Below, in pieces: positions 1 through 14,284 of a stretch of DNA of 61,904 nt. The notes beneath the pieces were generated by a model. That model was not told the DNA's origin and did not search any database. It saw only the letters and a program-made list of their open reading frames with translations. The DNA comes from Octopus bimaculoides (Eukaryota). Made by a program: the position numbers and the translations under genes. The stretch's first letter is position 1. Every line of letters begins with the position of its first letter. Where the stretch lies: contig NC_068985.1 of NCBI RefSeq assembly GCF_001194135.2, positions 100,148,899 through 100,210,802 on the forward strand. Direction: 5' to 3'.

Positions 1-34
<34 letters not shown>

Positions 35-1793
35 ATATATATGTATATACATATATTTATGTGTATCTATATACCTAATCATGTATATATTTATGTATAT
101 GTAAACACAATGTTTATACGTAAAGAAGTCAGTCCAACAAGCTATTTTTCTGTATATACATATGTTTATTCTTTGTCTCAATCACTAAAACATTTTAAAC
201 ATTGATTTTTATTTCTACTTAATTTCATCTTTATGTGCCTCCTGTATCCCATATGACATAATTCAAAATAGAAAACTTCCTCATATATTACTCTGTTGGC
301 ATCATTTTCTATCTTGGCTTCTGTTTTTCATATTTCGTTTTTAACAGATGTCTTGTTTTAAGAGATAACGTTTAACCTTTAATAATGAACCACATTTCTA
401 CATTATATTAGCAATCTCACTATATCATACAATCAAATTTATTACAAAAACACACTTCCATACGCACATACATGTGTTTAGATGTATACATAAATATATG
501 TATTTATATGATATATATGTATGTATATGTATATATATGTATNNNNNNNNNNNNNNNNNNNNNNNNNNNNNNNNNNNNNNNNNNNNNNNNNNNNNNNNNN
601 NNNNNNNNNNNNNNNNNNNNNNNNNNNNNNNNNNNNNNNNNNNNNNNNNNNNNNNNNNNNNNNNNNNNNNNNNNNNNNNNNNNNNNNNNNNNNNNNNNNN
701 NNNNNNNNNNNNNNNNNNNNNNNNNNNNNNNNNNNNNNNNNNNNNNNNNNNNNNNNNNNNNNNNNNNNNNNNNNNNNNNNNNNNNNNNNNNNNNNNNNNN
801 NNNNNNNNNNNNNNNNNNNNNNNNNNNNNNNNNNNNNNNNNNNNNNNNNNNNNNNNNNNNNNNNNNNNNNNNNNNNNNNNNNNNNNNNNNNNNNNNNNNN
901 NNNNNNNNNNNNNNNNNNNNNNNNNNNNNNNNNNNNNNNNNNNNNNNNNNNNNNNNNNNNNNNNNNNNNNNNNNNNNNNNNNNNNNNNNNNNNNNNNNNN
1001 NNNNNNNNNNNNNNNNNNNNNNNNNNNNNNNNNNNNNNNNNNNNNNNNNNNNNNNNNNNNNNNNNNNNNNNNNNNNNNNNNNNNNNNNNNNNNNNNNNNN
1101 NNNNNNNNNNNNNNNNNNNNNNNNNNNNNNNNNNNNNNNNNNNNNNNNNNNNNNNNNNNNNNNNNNNNNNNNNNNNNNNNNNNNNNNNNNNNNNNNNNNN
1201 NNNNNNNNNNNNNNNNNNNNNNNNNNNNNNNNNNNNNNNNNNNNNNNNNNNNNNNNNNNNNNNNNNNNNNNNNNNNNNNNNNNNNNNNNNNNNNNNNNNN
1301 NNNNNNNNNNNNNNNNNTATATATATATATATATATATGTAGATATATGTTTGAGTGTATGTACATCAGTAAAGCGCAGTCCGGAAACATAATTTTTCAA
1401 TATCTCTCGCCGTAACATAAATTGTGTATATAGATATCTATTGATACATTTGTCAATATACTATCTCGGAGTTCAGCTGGTTGTGCCTATGTCCAATATA
1501 TTGAACTGTCATCGAGATTAAATTTAATGAGCTCAGGTTAAATATCACGTGTACTTTTCCTAGTTCGCAGAACTAAATTGTTAAACATAGAACTGTGTGT
1601 GGTTCTCTGGCAACAACCCAAACCCCAGTTGTATGCTTCACGCAGGAAAAAATAGTCTAATTGTTCCTGTGGGGAATACATAAAGGGACAGATTACACTT
1701 TGGGTTTATGTATATTTAACAAATGACACAGAATCAATATAAAATTCGCTTTCCCCAATAAATTACAGAGATATGGAAAATTTCATGTTTTAT

Positions 1794-1854
<61 letters not shown>

Positions 1855-2069
1855 NNNNNNNNNNNNNNNNNNNNNNNNNNNNNNNNNNNNNNNNNNNNNN
1901 NNNNNNNNNNNNNNNNNNNNNNNNNNNNNNNNNNNNNNNNNNNNNNNNNNNNNNNNNNNNNNNNNNNNNNNNNNNNNNNNNNNNNNNNNNNNNNNNNNNN
2001 NNNNNNNNNNNNNNNNNNNNNNNNNNNNNNNNNNNNNNNNNNNNNNNNNNNNNNNNNNNNNNNNNNNNN

Positions 2070-2266
2070 CCTGCTTCTGTTGTGCCTGTAATTCAAAGGG
2101 TCAGCCATGTCACACTCTGTGTCACGCTGAATATCCCCGAGAACTACATTAAGGGTACACGTGTCTGTGGAGTGCTCAGCCACTTGCACGTTAATTTCAC
2201 GAGCAGGCTGTTCTGTTGATCGGATCAGCTGGAACCCTCGACGTCGTAAGCGACGGAGTGCCAACA
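2070..2266 (+). mobile_element. 3' part of Octopus-type SINE (family A), truncated by gap
   Basis: Colinear homolog of the reverse complement of 14285-14470 (shared gtcacactctg, aagggtacac, gttgatcggatca and cgacggagt blocks). Confidence 0.75.
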
Positions 2267-4023
2267 GTGTGTGTGTGTGTTTGTGTGTGTGTATGAAGGT
2301 GCACAGCCTAGTCAATAGAGCGTTGCATTCACGACTATATATTCGTGGTTTCCATTCTGAAGCTGGAGGGGAGTTGTATGTTTGAGTCAACAATTTTGCG
2401 TTGTTCTTCTACAGCTGGTAGAATAAAACAGTTCCACTAAAGTCAATGTCATTTATTATTATGTTATAAGAGGAGATTCCCTAATCTCGTATCTATAACT
2501 TGCTTATCTCCGAGAGTAAGTTGTCCCCAAACCGAAAATATCGTACAGATTGTTAGGGATTCAGTTCTGTAGAAGTAAAACAAAAGCTTGTGGCTTTGAA
2601 TCAAACACCAAAACCCCTTCCCTCAAACAGGAATTGTTTGATGGTCCTCCGTATTATTCATTTCCCTATTGAAAAACATTTTAGTAAGAGTGCCCATTTT
2701 TGTTTTGAAACACTTACACAAACTAATCTGCTGTGGAATCGAACCTAACAATTTCTAGCTGAAAAAAAATCGTTTGCACCACACAGTTTTCCTACGCGCA
2801 TTCGTAGTCTACCATTTCTGTCATTCTGACGCCTTCGTTTTTAACATTAATTATTAATAAAATTACACTTTATAAACCATCCAATAATTTTTCGCAGCAC
2901 TCTATAACATTTGTTTAAACATTACTTTTGTCTCATTTTCTAAATTATTTTTCGTTTCAATAATAATTTTTTGTATTGTTCCTCTTCCTGCATTTGTTTT
3001 TTTCTATTTTTACTTGAAGTTTTATAAAACAATGTTATGGTTTGCATCGTTTCTCAACCATGAGACATAAATTATAAAGTATTAGCGGAGAATATTCTAC
3101 TCCAATAAATTTACAATTCTTCCCCCTGTCCCCATGTCGGCTTTCCGCCTTGCCTAATGCTGTCTGTTTCATCAGTATAGCAACACCTTCTAACTTCATG
3201 CTATCACAATTACACAGAATTTACGCTTCTACTAACTGGTGACAGTTTGCAAATATATCAGACGTAATTTCATGTATTTTTCATTCTATATTTCATTAGT
3301 TTTTACTTCAGTTTTCTCCTTCGGTTTTTCTGTGTTTTTTCTAAATGTTTTCACGGCGATTAAACTCATTATTTATCCTAAGACTTTATTTTAAAATTTT
3401 CTATATAATTATTTTAAATTCTAAGATTGTGTTATAAACAGTCTTATTTCCTGCAGTAAAGTTACATTTCTAATGTGTTGATGTAGAGATCACGAAATAA
3501 CGGAATAACTATGTACCTAGGATATATACGTGTATTGAATAATAAACGATATCAGTTTACTAGTCGTTTAATCGTTTAATAACGTTGGTCACTGAAAAGT
3601 TATCATGCTGGAGCAAGTCCATGAAAATAGAAAAAATATGACACACACAGACGCACAGGCACGTACATACACACATATATGTCACACGTACATACAAGCT
3701 CTTTGATACACACGCACGCGCACCTTCATTTTGGGATCCCCACAACTTTATTATCTCCCTTTCTTCCAAGTCCTCTGTATGACCCATCTGTACTGCATTG
3801 GCCATAACTAATCGCTAGTTACTACACATTCTTTATTTTCCTTCCTTGTTCCTTTCTGCGTTCCTTTCTGTGGAATGCTCGAAACGTTAAAGACTTTTTT
3901 CCTTTCCCGAGCGTTAAACTCATGCATCTGTTTGTTGTCTACACGACTTGTTTTCGTCTTTTTTTTTTGTGAATTCTCCCTATATTTGTGTGTGTGTGTG
4001 TGTGTGTATGTGTGTGTGTGCGT

Positions 4024-4075
<52 letters not shown>

Positions 4076-4081
4076 GTATAA

Positions 4082-4129
<48 letters not shown>

Positions 4130-4899
4130 ATGGACTTCCACACAGTTTAGTCAATGAAATTCATTTACAATTCATTCTTCAGTCCAGTGCTATAGTATAA
4201 AACAACTGTCCAAATGGCTACGCAATGGAACTGAAACCGAAATCATGTGAAGGATATTAAGTGAAAATCTTATTGTGGCGAAACTTCTATAAATGGTTCT
4301 TGCAATGCAAATGATTAATCAGTATCAAGTTTCTTGGTGTTCTTTTATTTTCCATTAGTGAAACCTTTCGATATTCGTATCTGCGAAGAATCTACATAAA
4401 AATATTGACAGTGAATGTAGAATAACCTACCCCTGCAAAATCCAGTACTGGTGATTAAACATATTATTTTAGGTGCAATTTTGGCACGCACATCTTTCTT
4501 TGGGATTGTCATTAATGAAAGACAGCAATTTAATCCGGTGTTTTCCATGATGCATAACAGGCACAATGTTGGTTTTAAACTGCCACCATCTCGTTCAACA
4601 AGTGTTGGCTTGTCAGTATTTTATCGATCTAATTTAAATCTTTTCTTTAATTGTAATACGTAACATGCTTTGTGTTTCCCTGATATATACACAGCAGTTC
4701 CCGTCTGAAATATATGTGTAATCATGTATATTTGTATATCCCTTCTGTAAGTAGTACATAGTGTAATCATTTCTTTAAGTATATTATTTCATCCTCAAAG
4801 TAAGAGAACTTTGATTAATCTTTATACATTTAGCTATTCTACTTAGCAAAAATTATTTTCAAGCGTAACATTTCGTGTGACTAAGTTATAACGTATTTC

Positions 4900-5121
4900 A
4901 TCATTCCTATGAAGTACCTTGCTTGTGTCGGATAATATTGTCCGAAATCGACTTTGCATTTCATCCTTTCGGGGCTGCTAAAATAAGTATTCGTTGACCA
5001 CTGGGGGGGGGGGGATGTAATTGAGNNNNNNNNNNTTCGTTGACCACTGGGGGGGGGGGGATGTAATTGAGTTACCCCCTTCCCCAGAATAAGCTGGCGT
5101 TGTGCCAAAATTTGAAACCAA
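4900..5121 (+). mobile_element. tRNA-derived SINE (family B), 5'-degraded
   Basis: Carries the family blocks gactttgc-tttcatcctttcgggg, aataagta, cactgggg and the 3' end ctggcgttgtgccaaaatttgaaacca, as in the copies at 17.6-18.2, 43.5-44.0 and 47.1-47.3 kb. Confidence 0.75.
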
Positions 5122-6772
5122 CCTAACTAATTTACTTCTGTGAAAGGTCTTTCTTCTTTATGCTACGTATCAAAGACAAGTACAAATTAATCGTTATTAT
5201 CCTCGTTAAAGCTATATCACTATCATCCTATTAAATTCCCCTGTAAACATCAAGCTAGAAAACATTATTTGATTATACAGCATTGGACATTTTGACGATG
5301 ATCCAGATATGAATACGTTCATATAGACACAGATAAACTGACCAAGTACCCGCTAATGGTTGATATACTAAGGTGTTAAATTCTCAATAAGGTGTTTCTT
5401 CAATATATTAAATATAAATGCGGCGCATCTTCCGAGGTCTAAACAACAGTAGTATTATTCCCTTCAGGGGACTGTCACATTAAGTTGACAGCATACAATT
5501 CGTTCATCGTATCTTTTGGTGTAGGTGGCTTGGTGGGTATCTGCTTTGCACAGGAGTAGGACTAGTTGTTTTATTATATATCCGAGTATTTCTTCATCCA
5601 CTTCACGTAATCAGTCGGGTCCTTCATTTCTTTATTTTAATCCGTTCACTACTCACAAATCAATACTCCTTTTATGCTGCTGCACCTGTACTCACTGTTA
5701 TGTTGTTTGCATGTATATAAGCTTCAATGTCGGAATACTGAGGAAAAGGTATCCATGGAATATTAAACCTGGATTTAGAAAAATCTGGAATACAAGGATT
5801 TCTGCAGTCAATAAAATCAGTGGTTTCCAAATTTGCATGTTGTGTAATTACTTGCAATAACATTTAGAATATTGAATTAAATATTCGATGATAGTGGACC
5901 ACTGATGTAAAATCCCGGAAGCTATTTATTAGATCGGAAACATCAATAGAGATACGGACGTAAGCGAAAAACAAAAAGATGTAGTGGATTACAATTTCAA
6001 CCAATTATCCATTTAAATATTGCATCATATCTCTTAGACGGTCTCTGCAAACAATTAAGAATTGATGTGTGTTAATTGGTTGTTTCAATATTTATGAGTA
6101 GGAAATGATCACTTAGGAATGTTGTCTATGACTGATTATCGAAGAAGCATTTCTAGAGGAGCAAGGCGAATAGACAAGAAAGTTGTGAAGAAAAGACTTT
6201 CTTCCATTGAGCAGAAGACCGTCTACAAATATGTTGTCATCAAACATCTGAGTAAAAATATCTAAGTAAAGCAGTGTTCCATCTTCAATCAACAACCGCT
6301 GTATTGGCCCTCACATAACGGGATTTCCGTTTATAATTCTAGCGTAACAATACATCTGATACACAAAAGAAATTGGCTTTTAGGTATGGCACTAAGATGT
6401 AAGGATTGGTGCAACTCTGAGAAATTAACATTGAAGTTCTAAAGAATGTCCTCATTATAAAATCTACCTATGAGACATCATGTATACTATATAAAAGACG
6501 GTACATTAAAATTCTTCGAATAGAGAGAGCTGAACTTCTATATAGAGCATTTTGCAAAAATATGAACGGCTTCTTCACTCTAAATATAAAGATGTAATTT
6601 TCGTGTAGCTCTATACAGCGGTTCTCCAGTAGCTTGGTCCTGATGCGAATGGGAGCTAACATTCACTTTTCAAACTTCAACTCCTTGTTCACCCAAACAT
6701 TACACGCTTTTTTAATTAACATGAACATAATGACACATTCCATATTTGCATGCATACCAGATAACCCAAATT

Positions 6773-6851
<79 letters not shown>

Positions 6852-8487
6852 AATGTGTGTATGTGTATTTAAGTATGTACGTATGAAATGTCAGTTACTT
6901 GTGCATGTTTTCGTCTGAACCTCTGAAAGATATTATTTAATACCGGAAGTAGAACGTAAGTATTTAGATTATATTTCCGCCGAAACTCACCTACCAAACA
7001 ATAGATTTTACAAGTACTGCAATGTTGGCGTTGCAATTCACTCACAGTCTTATTATCTAGATTAGAAACTTTGGTAAACGACAACAGCTACAACATTTTC
7101 ATTTTGTAGTCAAATTCATCTACAGCACGAACTAGGGGCACTACGTAATATAAAAGATATATCACGGTTGAATCCCTTTGAATGTCAGTCAAATCGATTT
7201 AAGACTGACTTGGGGGTCAAAAATGTAGATTAACAACAACGGAGTGTGCATTTACCGAAAGGAATATCCTTTGTATAGTCGCACAGCATTTTAGGAATAG
7301 GATCTTCCTTTATCCATACCTTATTCCCATTAAATGATTAAAATCACACTCTTCCTTGGGTAATGTGCTATCAGTTAGCTATTAGATGATATTGCACAAA
7401 TATAAATATTGGATGGTATACGAAATTGCTTTTTATTATAGGTGAATTCTGTCAGTGTTGATTTGAAGCTAATCAACAACAATAAAGAACAACTATCAGC
7501 AACAACAACAACAACAACAACGACAGTAACAGAATTATTTACGTCGAGATAGATATTTAAGTGTCTCGGTCATGAGCATAATGTAGAACGAGATTACGAG
7601 CATCAATATTTCAAATATTAATCCGACAGGATATTGACACGTAAATAAATGTAGACCATTATAGATAGAAAAGCATTTATAGATAACGCCATGATGCTTG
7701 AGAACATATATTCTCATAAATTTAAATTGGTGTTAATGTATGAGTTCAATTGTATGTGTAACAGCAAGATAGAACATCCGTTAAATCACCGAAAGGAACT
7801 TTCTCATAAATACACGTATACTTTCTAAATATTGAACGTAACGTGCTACCGAGATTATTTCTACATGGTCTATGTACCTGTATGAAACAAGAGTTAAATT
7901 CCCTGAATCACACACAGCAGTCTGAAATAGAGGCCATGTGATCACATTGTCACATAGCGTAATGTAGACCTACGTATATTTAAACGCTTTTCAACGCCTG
8001 CGACTAAGTGTTTGTTCGATTAGGACGGACCGATAAATATGAAGGTTATGAAATAGCAAAGACGTAAGCCACACACGTGAAGCATTTTAAGATGTTAAAA
8101 GACGCAGCCTGCACCTCATACATACACACTCACTTCACACACTAGATTTACTTGCACAATTGATTAACGTCTTAACAGCGGCAAAATTCGTCGTATATTG
8201 TGGTGTCTGAAAATAAATTGAGACGGACATGGTTGGAACGTCTTTGGTTAAAGGCTTGTTCACTCAACAGAAATTTCAGTTAAATACAAGCACCACCCTA
8301 ACAACACAGGCTCATGAATCTATACATTCGCAGTTCAAAATACAACTGTCTACTGTACGTCGTCACTGAATAATTAAGAAAATATGTTTGTCTACGTCTC
8401 TCTACCTCTCTGAATATTATTATGTGTGCATGTATACACATACGAGAGAGTGTTGAAATGTTACTAGCATTGGGTAAAAGAAAATAA

Positions 8488-9119
8488 TGTCGTGTAACTT
8501 ATTCGTCTATATTTGTGATTTTAACCTATGCATTATTTCCTTATCTAAATTTATCTCATCACTGTACGAATTACGTCTGACAACATTGTAATATCTAATT
8601 ATAAATGAAAACTACCACAAGGCAATATTTGATAAAATATGCTATGCTGATGAAGTTAAATAAGAGTGAAATATGATCGTGACTCTCCNNNNNNNNNNNN
8701 NNNNNNNNNNNNNNNNNNNNNNNNNNNNNNNNNNNNNNNNNNNNNNNNNNNNNNNNNNNNNNNNNNNNNNNNNNNNNNNNNNNNNNNNNNNNNNNNNNNN
8801 NNNNNNNNNNNNNNNNNNNNNNNNNNNNNNNNNNNNNNNNNNNNNNNNNNNNNNNNNNNNNNNNNNNNNNNNNNNNNNNNNNNNNNNNNNNNNNNNNNNN
8901 NNNNNNNNNNNNNNNNNNNNNNNNNNACGATCATATTTCACTCTTATTTAACTTCATCAGCATGGCATAGTTTATCAAATATTGCCTTGTGGTAGTTTTC
9001 ATTTATAATTAGATATTACAATGTTGTCAGACGTAATTCGTACAGTGATGAGATAAATTTAGATAAGGAAATAATGCATAGGTTAAAATCACAAATATAG
9101 ACGAATAAGTTACACGACA
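8488..9119. repeat. 193-bp inverted repeat flanking an N-gap (arms 8488-8680 and 8927-9119)
   Basis: The right arm is the reverse complement of the left arm, with 2 mismatches seen by eye. Confidence 0.9.
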
Positions 9120-10751
9120 ATGTCCATGACTGCTACGCATTCGACCATAGCCATTAACGTTCCATAACGAATTGTTTCTAACTATATCACACTTTTTATA
9201 CTTCTCTGAGCGGGTAATTTTTTTTACTTATATATATTGTTCGTTGTAATTCTCTTAATATAAACAGTAAGGGTTTATTTTCTCTCACTAGGAACATTCG
9301 AACAACGAGAGTTTTTGCATAGTTTTTTTTTCTGTACATCTGCATGTGGCATATTATACCTATATTTATACTATTACTGTATAAGTTAAAGCATTAGCTC
9401 ATATTTTATAGAATCAAAGAATAAAATTCTTCAAAATGATTGGTGCAATTTCCAAGACCAATCGCATAATTTCAATTACGTACTATATTTCTAAATTGTA
9501 TATCACTAATGAATATTGAAACGAGCGTTTTTCTCAAACTTCCAAATTGCTGGTGTCCGCAAAATGATTTTTGTTGTTCTAAAAAGTAGTATTTTTGAAC
9601 TGCATGAACACATATTTATGCCATAAGATTATATTGTTAGTACTCTTCTTTTTGGCAGAAAATAAATATCTGTAGATTAATTTCTGATTAATTTCACTAA
9701 AGCTGACAGTTTGAAACCTTTCTAGAGTTGACATTTAACCCTATAGAGACACTGTTTTATTTGGATAAGCTTTCTTGAGTAGCCAAGGCCACTTTCAGTG
9801 ATACACAAAATGACAGGTGGACACCTGATCGATAATGTAGATATTTGTGAAAACGAATTCTCTTGAATTGTGGCTAAAAATAAAACTATAACTTTCAGGC
9901 AAAAGTTCAAAAATAGTGTATATAATGAAATAATAACAAATAACCACTTTTTTTTATATGACCTATCGCAGAACCATTTGTCTCCATATTTAAAGAGTTA
10001 AGATAAATGAGGTTAAAGCAAATGACTATGACTTGTTTGAATAGAAGATTGTATTTTGACTTACGACTAGCATAATTTTCACGGAAATGACAAGGTTAGC
10101 GTCTATGTTCAAAACAGGAATTGCCAATAGCAATATTGCACAAAAGCATTCCGTGGGAGCAGCTAAGTGTTTCATATTGACATAACCTGTCCACTACTAA
10201 CAAAAGCGTTTGATTCCTGGGACCTGAAAGAAAATATAAGCGATTTCAAAACAACGCAGAGTGTTAAAACAAACACAACAATAATTTTATACAAAGAAAT
10301 ATATATATATATCATGTTGCTAAGTATAAATAAACGAAACTTATTGTTCATTTGCGTGCTACTCTCGAATAAATAAATAAATCCCGTAGAGTAAGCTGGT
10401 GGAATTTTCTATTAGAAATTTCGTTTATCGATGTTATTGGTAGTAAATTGAAATGTATATAATAAAATATGTGTGGTTCAGACAACAATAAGACAGAGAC
10501 ATACTACGGCGGTTCATGCTGTGTGTTCTTCAATCTGTCAGAGATAATTTAAGAGATCTACTGCAAATGGATACATTTTACAATACTCATCATATAAAAC
10601 ACTTGTAGTTTGGACAAAGAAAGTAACGCACCAAGCCGTACTAGGATATATTTGAACTTAGTACATTACCATAAAGCTGCAAATAACTTATGAGACATCT
10701 ACATAGACATGTCTGAGTAAATTATATTTATAATTTACTATGCATATGAAA

Positions 10752-11098
10752 CGTTAGCACACTGGGCGAAATGCTTGGCGGTATTTCGTCTGTCTTAACG
10801 TTCTGAGTTCAAATTCTACCGAATTTGACTATGCCTTTCATCCTTTCGGGAGCGATAAATTAAGTAACCAGTTGCGTACAGGTGCCGATCTAATCGACTG
10901 CTAATCCCCCAAAATTTCGGGCCTTGTGCGTAGAGTAGAAAAGAATTGTTAGCACGCTAGGCAAATTGCTTAACGGCATTCTGAGTTCAAATTCCGCTGA
11001 GGTCGTCTTGTCCATTTTTATCCCTTTCGCTCGATAAAATAATTCCTATATATACTGAAACTGTAGCTGGCCTTGTGCCAAAATTTGAAACCAACATT
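10752..11098 (+). mobile_element. Two head-to-tail family B SINE copies
   Basis: gttagcac...gagttcaaatt (B-box)...tttcatcctttcggg...ggccttgtgc occurs twice, and the second copy starts directly after the tail of the first. Confidence 0.8.
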
Positions 11099-11550
11099 AT
11101 ATGTGAATCGGAAAGCAGACAGTAAACATAAAGCAATGTTAGGTTTATCTCCGCACCATATATTTACATTAGAAGCTGCAAAACAGTCAATATACATGGC
11201 AGAGACTATAAATTGATGCTCAATTTTATGATGCAATTATACATGTAAAAGCAACTCGTAAGTTATAAATTAATATAATAGAGACAGATTAAAAATTCTT
11301 ATTTGACCCCCATTTGAATTTCAGATAAACAAGATTAATTGAACTTTACTTATTAAATTTCCTAATTGCTCTTTAAATTGATTTGTTTCCAGAGTATTCC
11401 GAATTTGGTCATAGCGGACCATGCACATTCTTCTAATGAATGTATATAGCTGTTTGTTGCATGCATTTAGCTTTAACGCTAAAATACTCAGTCTGATAAA
11501 TCTAGTGATTACCGGCTTCACTTTTTTTTCTTTTCCGTTCTTTCCCTCTC

Positions 11551-11597
<47 letters not shown>

Positions 11598-12430
11598 TTC
11601 TATATGTGTATTTGCATATACATGTTTGTGTGGTATGTATAAGTGTGTGCGTATGGGCCGTCTGTGTCAATGCGTGCATCATATTATGTATGTGATGTGT
11701 GTGTAATTATATTTGAGTGTGTATTGTTGAACTTACAACCAAAGGAAATACAGGCACTACACAAAGTAAATTCTATATATAGTATTCAATGCTCACGCTT
11801 CTTAAATAGATTGAGCGACTTTCACGATATCGTTTATTAACACCATCAAAGAAAGGAATGAGTGCTAATACGTAAGCAAACATATTTGCAAAGGTCCAGA
11901 TAGGATTTGTTGTAGAGATATGATTGGCTACCAATAAACATTCAGAAAAGTCTCTAGTCAAACGAATCAACTTCAGTATTTCGTTTTTGAACAGGTATAT
12001 TTGCCGAACCACTAAGTTGTGCGAATATAAATAAAATGCTTATACCAGTTGTACACACACAAACATACGCATACATATATGTATGTTATGTATATATATA
12101 TAGACATATATCTATAACGAAAATGCTACATTTTTAAAATTAGGTACATTTAAATTTCTTTACATAAATACATTAAGAAAATGTTTTTGCTTAATATTTT
12201 TCGGTTGTTTATAAACCTTACCAAAAATATGAACTCAAATGAAATATGTAGAGAAAAAAGAAAGGTTATTAATGGAAAAATCGGTTGTGGCGTCGTTAGC
12301 GAGGGAGATAACAGTGAACTGGCATATATGGACATGTGTGGACAAGTACATCTTTGTGCGAGTCTATGCCGTTGCCTGGAAGAATATGTGTGTCTACACA
12401 CACATGTTTTTGTAATGTATAAATACCAGT

Positions 12431-12482
<52 letters not shown>

Positions 12483-12484
<2 letters not shown>

Positions 12485-12858
12485 TAATTCATAAAATGAC
12501 ATAACGATAAAAATCACGTTAATGATTTTTAGCAAGTAGTCAGAGCATGCTATAAAAATGTATAAGCAATTAATCCATTAAATTAATAATATTGTACATA
12601 TATATAGGACTTTTCAATGTTCTCTCACTAGACCGCTTTCAGCCATATATATATTAAGCATGGGTTTTTTGAGGGTATCAGCACTTCAAGCATGCTGGAG
12701 ACAGGTCTTTTTGCCCTAGCTCCCTTGATATAATACTGTACATATGCACATTATTTTTAAGTTAACGTATCCGTTGCCTAAACATTTTTATAGTATGCTA
12801 ACTACTAGATAAAAATCATTAACGTGATTTTTATCGTTATATTCTTTTATGAATTAAT
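12483..12858. mobile_element. MITE-like element with ~80-bp imperfect TIRs
   Basis: attaattcataaaa..ataacgataaaaatcacgttaatgattttt..tataaaaatgt at 12483-12561 is matched in reverse complement at 12782-12858; AT-rich flanks, no ORF. Confidence 0.7.
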
Positions 12859-13421
12859 GAATAATTCAAATAAAATAATTTAATTATTTTTACCCCTGAC
12901 TGGAATATCATTTACTGCTTGACTATTACTATAGTATACACATTGGCTGCCATGGGCAGATTTGAAATTGACTTTCCTTGGATCTATACGTGGAAATATT
13001 TGTATGTAGACGTGTGAAATTGCTTTGCACGATATAAACAATTATTTGGACTTTCTCCCCCACCCCCACCCCCGGGTATTGTGTTGACAAAGGAAGAAAG
13101 CTTTTTTGCTTTAATCCAGATATTGAAACCAATTCACAATTAGCGTGAGACATTTTAATTTTCTCTCCTTAGCCCGCATTAAGCGATGTGCATATTTAGC
13201 TAGAATTCTTGGTAGTTTTCGAAAGTATCAGCACTTGAAGCTTGATGGAGAGAGGTCGTTTTCGCCCTAACTCCCTTGATGCAATTATNNNNNNNNNNNN
13301 NNNNNNNNNNNNNNNNNNNNNNNNNNNNNNNNNNNNNNNNNNNNNNNNNNNNNNNNNNNNNNNNNNNNNNNNNNNNNNNNNNNNNNNNNNNNNNNNNNNN
13401 NNNNNNNNNNNNNNNNNNNNN

Positions 13422-13463
<42 letters not shown>

Positions 13464-13480
13464 GTATATGTATGTATATA

Positions 13481-14268
13481 CGAGTTCTGATCAGTAAGTC
13501 TCCGAATAATTGCCATAGTAACGAAGCTAAAGCACGCAGAGTAAAGCCTCAAGGAAAATATTGATCTTAAACTCTGCTGTGCATCCCTAATAAGTTTTCA
13601 CCTTCTGGCTCACTTCTAAGCAGTGCTTGCAAGGACGGTATGTAGCGTGTGCTCGTCCCATTGGCCATAACAGAAATTTGTACGAGTGATTCAGCCGTTT
13701 CCAAGATGGCAGAAAAATATATCATTATTGACGAACGTTCTGAGAGACACGCAATCAGCAGAACTGAGAAAAAAATCACACATGTGCGTGCAGCTGTTAG
13801 GGGAAATCGTCGAATCACTATCCGTAAGTTATAAGAAGATGTCCAGATTATTTACTGTTCAGTTCAGTCAATTATCACTGAAAACTAAGGTATGAGACAC
13901 CTGTGTGCCAAGTTTGTGCCAAAACTGCTTTCAATTGACAAAATGGACTTTCGAGTTTCAGTTGAAACCTCTTTGATTGTGTCGAGAATGATGAAAAGTT
14001 TTTGAAAACTTTGCGTCGTCCTCGGAGCAGGTATCACCAAGCTTTTGGCAAAATATGATGCAGATTCTCTGCACAACTCTCTCTGCCAGTGTCAGTACCC
14101 CAATTACTCGCTACACACGTTGTTTCCAAGCACTGCTGTAAACTGCGAAAGTGCGGTAGAACGTTAAAACTTAGTGCGCATGCACTCTGTGCAAAGCAGC
14201 TTTACTCTGCAAGCTGTAGCTTCGTTACCATTGCAACAGTCCGGATACTTATTGATCTGATAACGTTC
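13481..14268. mobile_element. Non-autonomous mariner derivative with two inward-facing 5' ends
   Basis: Degenerate TIRs in TA context. The + strand gives FSRFQDGRKNIIDERSERHAISRTEKKITHVRAAVRGNRRITIRKL..GMRHLCAKFVPKLL..ENDEKFLK (mariner HTH to linker). The - strand at ~14080-14010 gives QRICIIFCQKLGDTCSE (mariner N-terminus). Confidence 0.85.
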
Positions 14269-14284
14269 ATATATATATATAAAT

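Noticed and set aside
425-1418. Long ORFs (273-321 aa), and similar ones at 8.6, 32.3, 33.9, 35.2, 48.7, 57.6 and 59 kb
   Set aside because: They are mostly X from N-gaps plus (TA)n/(CA)n translations.
4990-5071. Duplicated ttcgttgaccactgggg..atgtaattgag
   Set aside because: It flanks a 10-N gap at a G homopolymer; assembly overlap artefact.
7535-7717. Hydrophobic ORF ending RRK*, like a TM protein last exon (also 50020-50232)
   Set aside because: T-rich strands give hydrophobic translations in any frame, and there is no supporting splice context.
8644-8685. Hammerhead-like ctgatga...gaaa
   Set aside because: Stem II cannot pair (gttaaataagagt) and there is no compatible NUH/stem I.
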